This document shows positions 9,180-15,865 of a DNA stretch of 29,118 nt, one piece after another. Location: positions 1 through 29,118 of the IMG/VR virus record IMGVR_UViG_3300034102_003306, one strand, 5' to 3'. This stretch comes from a virus (lineage: Duplodnaviria > Caudoviricetes). The notes beneath the pieces were generated by a model that searched no databases, was not told the DNA's origin, and saw nothing but the letters and a program-made list of their open reading frames with translations. The position numbers and the translations under genes were made by a program. Numbering within the stretch: position 1 is the stretch's first letter; each line of letters starts with the position of its first letter.

Positions 9180-10784
9180 ATGGGCAACATGTGGGACGCC
9201 CGGCAGGCTCGCAGAACCTTCGAGCACGCCGCAGACCAAAAGATTAGGGTGGCTCAGCAGACGGCGCAGGCCCGCGCCGACGCTGCCGCACAGATGCACA
9301 ATCACAAGCTGGCGGTCGAGGCGGAGCGGCAGGCAATGGCCGCGCCGGTCATCGACTACCACCACGACGACGACCCCCAATGGGCGACGGCCCTCACCGT
9401 CCCCGGCCTCCCTTGGGATGGCACACAACTGCCGGGCAACGCCATCCCCGCGGGGGATGGCGTCCTGGCAATGATCTATCCCGGCGGCTACGTCGCCAGC
9501 GTCCTACGCGTGGTCGCGGCGGTCGACCCCGCCGCCCTGGACGACCCCGCGTGGCCCGACTACGCATCCGCGGTGGCACCGGTCTACACCGCGGTGGGGC
9601 AGTGCTACCCCGGCCTGCGCATGCTACGCGACCGGGATTTCATGGCCCGGCTGAGCGACGCCGCCAGGCTGACCATCGCGCACCGCACGACGGAGCCGTG
9701 GCAGGGCCACTACAGCTACGGCACGCGAATCCGCGAGACGCGGCACATCATTTCCATCAGCGGCGTACGGGTAACCGCGGAGGGATTGCGACTTCGGTTC
9801 AAGCACCGCCCCGGCGACACCGCGGAGCTGTGGGAAAAGGCGCTGCCCGCGCTGAAGCTCGAGTTGCGCGCATCCGGATTCACATGCGGCGAACCGACCG
9901 TTAGCCAGCACAGCAGCGGCGACATCGTCCTGGCGCTGAACGATCAGAACCCCGCCGAGAATGTCGATGCACCGCGCGGCGTGACGCCGTTCGACGCGGA
10001 GAACGGCCGAAGCCTGGTCGGCGTGGATGTGAAGTCAGGGGAGCCGGTCTACCTCACTTGGAAGAACCATGCGGGCTTGCTCGTCGGCGGCAGCCCCGGC
10101 GGTGGTAAGACTGGATCAACCTTGCCGATCATCGCCGGGCTCGTCGGGCAAGCCGTCATCCACATCTTCGACGGGAAGGGCGGATTTGATTACGCGATTC
10201 TGGAGCCCTACGCCGCGACCTTCGACGCGAGCGGTGATCTCGACGCCCCGGTGGCCACGCTCAAGGCACTGTCCGACGGAATCCCGGAACGCGCTAAGGC
10301 CGTTCACGACGCGACGGGTAAGAAAAACTTCTGGGACATGACCCCCACCGAGTGGAAGAAGCACAACCTGCCGCCAGTGTTCGTGGTGATGGACGAATGC
10401 CACACCTGGCTCGATCAGACGGGGATGAGCCCGGCGGAAAAGAAAGTCGCCGCAGAGATTTCGAGGCACGTCCGGACGTTGATTCTCAAGGGTCGGTTCG
10501 TCGGCATCACCGTCATCCTGACGACACAGAAGAGTGACGCCACGGCCATCCCCACGCGTATTCGGGACAACTGCTCAAACCGAATGGCGTTCCGCACGAC
10601 CACGCCGGAGCATTCCCGGACGATCCTCGGCGCGCAGGCCGCTGAAGCACCGGACGCTAGCAAAATTCCGCCGTCCACGCCGGGCCGCTGTGTCGTGGTG
10701 AGCGACGGCGGCGTTGCCCTGACGCAGGCCACCTGGGCGACCGACGAAGACATCTCCGACTACCTGAAAGGGGTATGCCGATGA
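9180..10784 (+). CDS. FtsK/SpoIIIE-family ATPase
   Basis: Walker A GGSPGGGKT, IFDGKGG, Walker B VVMDE, LTTQK and IPTRIRDN motifs. Confidence 0.85.
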   Translation: MGNMWDARQARRTFEHAADQKIRVAQQTAQARADAAAQMHNHKLAVEAERQAMAAPVIDYHHDDDPQWATALTVPGLPWDGTQLPGNAIPAGDGVLAMIYPGGYVASVLRVVAAVDPAALDDPAWPDYASAVAPVYTAVGQCYPGLRMLRDRDFMARLSDAARLTIAHRTTEPWQGHYSYGTRIRETRHIISISGVRVTAEGLRLRFKHRPGDTAELWEKALPALKLELRASGFTCGEPTVSQHSSGDIVLALNDQNPAENVDAPRGVTPFDAENGRSLVGVDVKSGEPVYLTWKNHAGLLVGGSPGGGKTGSTLPIIAGLVGQAVIHIFDGKGGFDYAILEPYAATFDASGDLDAPVATLKALSDGIPERAKAVHDATGKKNFWDMTPTEWKKHNLPPVFVVMDECHTWLDQTGMSPAEKKVAAEISRHVRTLILKGRFVGITVILTTQKSDATAIPTRIRDNCSNRMAFRTTTPEHSRTILGAQAAEAPDASKIPPSTPGRCVVVSDGGVALTQATWATDEDISDYLKGVCR

Positions 10785-10933
10785 GCATCCTGGACCGCAT
10801 CGGGCTGCACGACGAGCTCTACGGCACACGCATCACGCTATACGCCGCGGCGTTGGTTGGTTCGGTGGCGGGCGTACTTTTCGCTGCCACCGTGCACGGC
10901 ACCGCCTGGGCCCTGACAACGCTGGGAGGCTAG
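10781..10933 (+). CDS. 50-aa membrane protein
   Basis: MSILDRIGLHDELYGTRITLYAAALVGSVAGVLFAATVHGTAWALTTLGG; ATGA overlap with the FtsK stop. Confidence 0.55.
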   Translation: MSILDRIGLHDELYGTRITLYAAALVGSVAGVLFAATVHGTAWALTTLGG

Positions 10934-10935
10934 CG

Positions 10936-11157
10936 ATGTGGATCGTGATCAAAATTCTCGGCCTCGAAGTTTTAGCCGTCGGCATCGGCCTCATGGATGA
11001 CGACGACACCGCGACGCGCTACATCGACAACAGCGGCGGAAGCTTTGAGTTGGCGCCGGAAGAGACCGAGGGGTGGGAGCCGAGCGAGGACTGGGAATAC
11101 GAAGAGGACGCGTCCACTCTCACCCGCCGCCCCCCGTTTGGATTTTTACATGCCTGA
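10936..11157 (+). CDS. Small acidic hypothetical protein
   Basis: GGAGG SD; 73 aa; contiguous with neighbours. Confidence 0.65.
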   Translation: MWIVIKILGLEVLAVGIGLMDDDDTATRYIDNSGGSFELAPEETEGWEPSEDWEYEEDASTLTRRPPFGFLHA

Positions 11158-11317
11158 CTGGCAAATGCATAGCCGACGACGACGCGAACAGAGCGCGCTG
11201 ACCTACGGGTCGCTCGGCTTCCTCGCGGGTGTGATCGTGGCTTTCGGCGCGGGATCATGCTCAGCCCCGGAGGCTTATCCGCCGCAGCCTTTGCAGTTCG
11301 AAGAGAGAACCCGATGA
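11150..11317 (+). CDS. Small membrane protein (55 aa)
   Basis: ATG11150 overlaps the upstream stop; single TM segment. Confidence 0.5.
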   Translation: MPDWQMHSRRRREQSALTYGSLGFLAGVIVAFGAGSCSAPEAYPPQPLQFEERTR

Positions 11318-11436
11318 TGGCTTTGATCGGGCTGTGCGCACTCACCGGCGCCGCCGTTGGCGGCTTTATTTTTGCCTTCTTCGGCTACTACTGGGCCGAA
11401 CTCTGGACGTGTGAAAAAGAAACTTCCGAAGATTAA
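11314..11436 (+). CDS. 40-aa membrane protein
   Basis: MMALIGLCALTGAAVGGFIFAFFGYYWAELWTCEKETSED; ATGA overlap. Confidence 0.5.
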   Translation: MMALIGLCALTGAAVGGFIFAFFGYYWAELWTCEKETSED

Positions 11437-11442
11437 AACCTA

Positions 11443-11522
11443 GGGGCTGTGAGGGTTCGACGCGACGCCGAAATCCGCATGCGGAACCGTCGCGGACGCC
11501 GGTTCGACTCCGGCCAGCTCCA
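11443..11522 (+). ncRNA. Miniature tmRNA-like RNA, tRNA-like domain only
   Basis: Acceptor stem GGGGCTG/CAGCTCC with G3-U70 and discriminator A; stemless D-loop TGAGGGTTCGA; helix CGCGACG/CGTCGCG; GAC linker; T-arm GCCGG-TTCGACT-CCGGC. Confidence 0.8.
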
Positions 11523-11720
11523 CTAACCACGGGACATCGCGGCGACCTCTGAGGCCGCCTCGGCAATGGCCGGAGAGATGAACACGGGCTTATCCACCCA
11601 TGCTTCCAGCAGGTCCCGGATAACCCTGGCGACAGGAATACCCTCGGCCTCCGATTTGTCCATCACGCGATCCCACAGCTCATCGCTGATGCGAAACGTC
11701 CTCATTGCGTTCAAACTCAT
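11523..11720 (-). CDS. Ribbon-helix-helix (CopG/Arc-like) DNA-binding protein
   Basis: MRTFRISDELWDRV...EGIPVARVIRDLLEAWV RHH pattern; start reassigned to ATG11720, just downstream of a consensus promoter. Confidence 0.8.
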   Translation of the reverse strand: MSLNAMRTFRISDELWDRVMDKSEAEGIPVARVIRDLLEAWVDKPVFISPAIAEAASEVAAMSRG

Positions 11721-11727
11721 ACGTACG

Positions 11728-11756
11728 ACTATAGCTATACAAACGTAAACCGTCAA
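11728..11756 (-). promoter_or_regulatory. SigA-type promoter giving a leaderless RHH transcript
   Basis: TTGACG-N17-TATAGT-N7-ATG. Confidence 0.75.
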
Positions 11757-11763
11757 TCGCCAC

Positions 11764-11805
11764 GCCCGACTTCTGATCATGTTTTTGACCAGGGGTCGGG
11801 CCTTT
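11764..11805 (+). terminator. Intrinsic terminator ending rightward transcription
   Basis: GCCCGAC...GTCGGGC hairpin followed by CTTTT. Confidence 0.5.
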
Positions 11806-11847
11806 TCGTGTCTGACGGGCGGGGATCGGGCGGGTACCGGGTGGGTA

Positions 11848-11866
11848 TTAGGGAAGCCTGACCTAA
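11848..11866. promoter_or_regulatory. IdeR/DtxR iron box (17/19 match)
   Basis: TTAGGGAAGCCTGACCTAA versus consensus TWAGGTWAGSCTWACCTWA. Confidence 0.6.
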
Positions 11867-11999
11867 CGCCGGGCACCCTCCGGGAGGGTTCCGGGTGGGG
11901 GCCGGGTGCATCTGACATACCGACTTAGTTTGTGGCCCAGTTAGTGGATGAATCCGTTCGAACAAAAACAAAACACGTTGCCACCTGCAGTTATCTCTG

Positions 12000-12042
12000 T
12001 GCGCCGTCAGGGTTTCGAACCCCGGACCCGCTGATTAAGAGT
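12000..12042 (-). mobile_element. attP common core equal to the 3' half of tRNA-Lys(CTT)
   Basis: Minus strand ACTCTTAATCAGCGGGTCCGGGGTTCGAAACCCTGACGGCGCA covers anticodon loop, T-arm and 3' acceptor strand; about 150 bp upstream of the integrase; TTAGTTTGT repeats at 11925 and 12150 may be arm-type sites. Confidence 0.85.
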
Positions 12043-12190
12043 TCTCGGTACCGTCTTGTTCGAACAGCCTTGTTCCTGTAAAATTGCTGGTAGAGGCGTG
12101 AATAGGATAGGCTTTGCATACGTACTGTGTACATGCTGTAGTTAGTAAGTTAGTTTGTAGTCGCGCCCGGTACGTACCCGGAGGGGAGAC

Positions 12191-13441
12191 ATGACGGAAA
12201 AGGCCAAGAAACGACGACGTGCCCGCGGCGAGGGCTCCATCGTCCAACGTGCAGATGGGACCTGGGCGGGCGTTATCGACATCCCCAGCACCGACGGCCG
12301 CCGGAAACAGAAGTGGGTCTACTCCAAGGACTACCGGACCTGCGTCGCCAAGCTGAACAAGTTGAAGGCCGACGTCGCCTCCGGAATCGTGCTCAACGAC
12401 ACGACCACGCTCGGCGCCTGGCTAGATCATTGGCTCAACGTCGTGCACAGGGATCATGTCCGGCCGAAGACTTTCCGGGACTATCAATCCGTGGTCGAAC
12501 AGATCACCGCGATCATCGGAAAACGAAGGCTCGGAACCTTAACTCCGGAGGACGTGCGCAAGATGCACACAGCCCTCGGGATAGGTCGCAGACGTACGGT
12601 GAAGGCCCACGCGGTGCTGCAGCGTGCGCTCGGTGACGCGGTGTCGGAAGGGCTGATTGTTCGCAACGTCGCGGCGGCAACGAGGAAGCCTCCGGTCGTA
12701 ACTTCGGGGCGCGCCGCGTTCGACGAGGCGACGGCGAAAACTATCATCGGATTCTCTGCGACCAATCGCCCCGCCGCAGAGGCGACGCGTTGGGCGATGG
12801 CATTTCTGAGTGGACTCAGGCAAGGTGAAGTGATCGGTCTTGAATGGGATCGGGTAGACCTGGACGGCGACGTTATCGACGTCTCGTGGCAACTCCAGAG
12901 TCTCCGCAAGGACCACGGATGCGGCACCAAGCTGGCCGACGGAAAGTTCCCCTGTGGGCGAATCAAGGCGGCGTATTGCCCCGATTCCGTCCTGGCTGTT
13001 CCCCCGGATTATGAAATCCGAGAGGTCTACAAGTCGCTCTATCTCACCCGACCAAAAACCTCCGCCGGGCAGCGGTTCGTGCCGTTGATAGAGCCCCTGG
13101 CCGACGCGCTACGGGCGATCAAAGCGGATGGGCCGCGCAATCCCTACGGCCTGGTTTTCTGCCATGCCGACGGTCGCCCGATATCCCCTCGGGATGACCA
13201 CGACGCGTGGGTCGCGCTAATGGTCGACGCCGGGGTCACCAAGCCGGGCGAGCCGACACCGGCGCTCCATTCTGCGCGGCACACCACGGCGACGTTGCTA
13301 CGCGCGGCGGGGGTCGATGAACAGACGCGAATGGCCATCCTTGGTCACGTCAGCGTGGAAGCGCAACGGACGTACGCGCACGACAATATCGAACTGAAAC
13401 GCAAAGCTATGGACGCGCTCGCGGGATTGGCGCTGGGTTAG
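12191..13441 (+). CDS. int: Tyrosine integrase
   Basis: RGEGSI N-terminal arm-binding region; GLRQGE, HSARH, LGH and catalytic Tyr (RTYAH). Confidence 0.95.
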   Translation: MTEKAKKRRRARGEGSIVQRADGTWAGVIDIPSTDGRRKQKWVYSKDYRTCVAKLNKLKADVASGIVLNDTTTLGAWLDHWLNVVHRDHVRPKTFRDYQSVVEQITAIIGKRRLGTLTPEDVRKMHTALGIGRRRTVKAHAVLQRALGDAVSEGLIVRNVAAATRKPPVVTSGRAAFDEATAKTIIGFSATNRPAAEATRWAMAFLSGLRQGEVIGLEWDRVDLDGDVIDVSWQLQSLRKDHGCGTKLADGKFPCGRIKAAYCPDSVLAVPPDYEIREVYKSLYLTRPKTSAGQRFVPLIEPLADALRAIKADGPRNPYGLVFCHADGRPISPRDDHDAWVALMVDAGVTKPGEPTPALHSARHTTATLLRAAGVDEQTRMAILGHVSVEAQRTYAHDNIELKRKAMDALAGLALG

Positions 13442-13444
13442 ATC

Positions 13445-13852
13445 ATGGAATCGACGGCGAAACTTCTGGCGGCGGCGTGGGCGGCGGTGGCGCGCTCAGA
13501 GGCGGTCAACTGCTACCCGCTGCTACGCGACGCGACGTGGAGCATGGAAGACGGCGGTGAGGATTACGGCGCGGGGCTGGCCACTGAGCGATTCCGCGCC
13601 GTGATCGGGCTGGCCGTGCTGGACATTCTGGGTGAGCATCTCCCGCGGCCCGTCGCTGCGGCGGCGTGGCGTGACGTGGTGCGGACCTGCAACTCCGCGT
13701 ACGGGATGTTGGCGTGGAGGTTGGCGAAGTCGGCGGTGATGGGGCTGTCTGCCGAAGAAGTTGTAGCCGCCGCCGAGACGGCAGTGGTGGAGGCGATCCC
13801 TTTTCTCGAATCGCGTTTTGGGGACGATTTGGCACGGGCGGCGCGGGTCTAG
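13445..13852 (+). CDS. Hypothetical protein downstream of int
   Basis: 135 aa ORF starting 3 nt after the int stop. Confidence 0.55.
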   Translation: MESTAKLLAAAWAAVARSEAVNCYPLLRDATWSMEDGGEDYGAGLATERFRAVIGLAVLDILGEHLPRPVAAAAWRDVVRTCNSAYGMLAWRLAKSAVMGLSAEEVVAAAETAVVEAIPFLESRFGDDLARAARV

Positions 13853-14121
13853 CTCCGGGCTAGGACCACCGCGGGGTGCGGATCACCGACCAGCTCCGGC
13901 CGGGGTCGGCCCGGTGTAACTTGCCAGTCGCCGTCGGTGACCAGCGCTGAGGCGACGATCGGACGCATGTACCGGCCGTAGTGCCGGGGTAGCCCCCGCA
14001 GCTCCTGGACTTCGATGACGGCGCACCCGGCGGGGTCAAAACCACCCTCGTAGCCGTCGACGAGAACAAGTGCGTCCGGGGGCAGCTCGGACAGCAGCGC
14101 GATCAATTCGGAGACGGTCAT
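13849..14121 (-). CDS. Hypothetical protein
   Basis: MTVSELIALLSELPPDALVLVDGYEGG N-terminus common in small phage proteins; coupled to the upstream ORF. Confidence 0.7.
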   Translation of the reverse strand: MTVSELIALLSELPPDALVLVDGYEGGFDPAGCAVIEVQELRGLPRHYGRYMRPIVASALVTDGDWQVTPGRPRPELVGDPHPAVVLARS

Positions 14122-14351
14122 GGCATCAGGCTCTCACCGTCAGGCATTTCCCCCGGCGGTGGTTCGATCCACCGGCCCGCGCCGATGCCGGGCGGTCTGA
14201 AAAAAGCGGGGTCACCGGCGTAGGCAAACCGCAATGGCGTGCCGCCGTCGGCGCGGTAGAGCTCGACCACATATGCGTAGCCGCTGTAAACCCCCGGCGA
14301 TTCACTCATTATTTCGGCGGCGAAGGCGGCGATGGCGTCGTGCATTTCCAT
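14118..14351 (-). CDS. Hypothetical protein (77 aa, probably leaderless)
   Basis: Start reassigned to ATG14351, 6 nt below a -10 element; this avoids overlap with excise. Confidence 0.6.
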   Translation of the reverse strand: MEMHDAIAAFAAEIMSESPGVYSGYAYVVELYRADGGTPLRFAYAGDPAFFRPPGIGAGRWIEPPPGEMPDGESLMP

Positions 14352-14357
14352 GCCACC

Positions 14358-14380
14358 ATCATGCCGTCCATCACCGACAA
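14358..14380 (-). promoter_or_regulatory. RecA-NDp/PafBC-type DNA-damage promoter
   Basis: TTGTCGGTG-N8-CATGAT versus mycobacterial consensus tTGTCRgtg-N8-TAnnnT. Confidence 0.55.
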
Positions 14381-14421
14381 TCCGCGTCGGCCCCAAAGGT
14401 GGCCGCCGAACACGTTCGCCG

Positions 14422-14610
14422 TCACAACCGAACTTCGGCGGAAGTCGGCAAGGACTGGATGTACTCGTCGAGATCGGTGACCGCGTACTTATATGTTCTG
14501 CCATCGGCGACCGCCAGCAGCTTGCCCGCGCGGCGAAGCTCATCCACCCGTCGCGGGCTCGTGGCCAAATACTCGGCCGCACCGAACTTGTCTTTCAAAC
14601 CGCCGCTCAT
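14422..14610 (-). CDS. xis: Excisionase-like HTH protein
   Basis: 62 aa; AAEYLATSPRRVDELRRAGKL...DLDEYI HTH_17-like pattern; near int. Confidence 0.7.
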   Translation of the reverse strand: MSGGLKDKFGAAEYLATSPRRVDELRRAGKLLAVADGRTYKYAVTDLDEYIQSLPTSAEVRL

Positions 14611-15485
14611 GCGAGTACCTCCTGTTGGGTCCTACGGGGGCGGCGACGCGAACGATGCGTGCCGCTGTGTTTCGGCGACTCGTCGTCGCCGTAGTTCATG
14701 GCGTCCAGGGCATCGCTGAACGCGTAGAGAGCCACGGCTCCCGGCTCACGTCGGAGATTCCTCCGACCGTCCGTGTGTAGATACATCCGTGGGTTGACCT
14801 TGCCCATGCGCGCGTAGAGCGACGACTGGGCGACGTCGTAACCGAGCAGCCGTAGTAGCCGCAGGAGGTTCATCACCGTCTGGGGCTCATCGTCGACGCG
14901 ACTCAGAAGCCGTTCCCGGATCGCCTCGACGTCGTGTAGGGCATGGCACCGGCCGCACTCGACGTACCGGGCGTCGCTCTCTGCCCGCAGCTCGAACCCG
15001 CACTTGTCCCCGCTGTCCAGCACGGCGTCGCAGGGTCCGAGATAGACGTCTGGCGGACGGTTGATAACGCGCAGGGCCGCTGCGTTAAACCGCAGCGTGT
15101 CGGCCAGCATGGTGGGTGCGATGTCCAGCGCCATCACACGGGTGATGTTGTGCGCCAGGAACTGGCAGGTAATGGTCGGCAGCAGGAACTCGCGACTCCC
15201 GGAGACCGCCTCCACCCATCGGGCGGTGGACACGGCGATGTCCCGGAGAAGGTCGGAGGATCGCACATCCAAGGGCATCGGCGCCGGTCCTCGAGAGCGT
15301 CGCTCCTTGCCGCTCTGCAGACGGGCCTGCCCGTACGCCGCCTCCGAGAGTCTGGCGATGAACCAGGACAGCCCCGGCTGGTCCCCGTTACCGATCAGCG
15401 CGTGCCGAAGCTTTTTTGCGCAACTCCAGCACAAAACCTCGCTCGCGTGCGCGCCGCAGCTTCCGCACTTTCGGGCTTCGCTCAT
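14607..15485 (-). CDS. Zn-finger-containing hypothetical protein
   Basis: CGSC, CWSC, GPC...KC and CGRC motifs; start at ATG15485 overlaps the resolvase stop. Confidence 0.7.
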   Translation of the reverse strand: MSEARKCGSCGAHASEVLCWSCAKKLRHALIGNGDQPGLSWFIARLSEAAYGQARLQSGKERRSRGPAPMPLDVRSSDLLRDIAVSTARWVEAVSGSREFLLPTITCQFLAHNITRVMALDIAPTMLADTLRFNAAALRVINRPPDVYLGPCDAVLDSGDKCGFELRAESDARYVECGRCHALHDVEAIRERLLSRVDDEPQTVMNLLRLLRLLGYDVAQSSLYARMGKVNPRMYLHTDGRRNLRREPGAVALYAFSDALDAMNYGDDESPKHSGTHRSRRRPRRTQQEVLA

Positions 15486-15865
15486 TTGCCCTCCTCCATC
15501 CAATGGCTCCGGTCTCCCGTAATCAGTGCGGCGAGATCGGCGAGTGTCATCACGACCCATTGCTGAGCCGGGTCGGAGACACCGCGACGCTTTGCCACCA
15601 CGACGCCCGCTAACGCCTTGTCATGCACGGCTTCCTGCTGGGCCTCCCGAACCCACTGAGGCAGGCTGAGGGTGGCGCAGTCCTTCGTCTCCACCACAAC
15701 CCGTTGTCCGTGCGCCCTGACGCCGCCGATGTCTCCGGTGTCCCTGCTGCCGGTCTTCACCTTGCGGTCGATGTATTCGCATTCCAGAGCGTCACGCAGA
15801 TAGTCGGCGACCACCCGTTCGAACCTCGCGCCCGCGGCCTTGGCGGACGTCCTCGACCGCGCCAT
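15482..15865 (-). CDS. Holliday junction resolvase, PD-(D/E)XK (Hjc-like)
   Basis: GARFER..ADYL, DTGDI and VVVETKD motifs. Confidence 0.8.
   Translation of the reverse strand: MARSRTSAKAAGARFERVVADYLRDALECEYIDRKVKTGSRDTGDIGGVRAHGQRVVVETKDCATLSLPQWVREAQQEAVHDKALAGVVVAKRRGVSDPAQQWVVMTLADLAALITGDRSHWMEEGK

Noticed and set aside
11443-11522. Conventional tRNA-Met(CAT)/tRNA-Ala, or a tmRNA-targeting attP
   Set aside because: No D-stem and no 7-nt anticodon loop (CATG forms only a 4-nt loop). An att fragment would carry only the 3' end, and a separate tRNA-Lys att core is present.
12000-12042. Functional tRNA-Lys gene
   Set aside because: The 5' half (5' acceptor strand and D-arm) is missing; this is an att core.
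12060-12077. SOS box near attP (TCGAAC AGCCTT GTTCCT)
   Set aside because: Spacer is 6 nt rather than 4 and the second half-site is degenerate.
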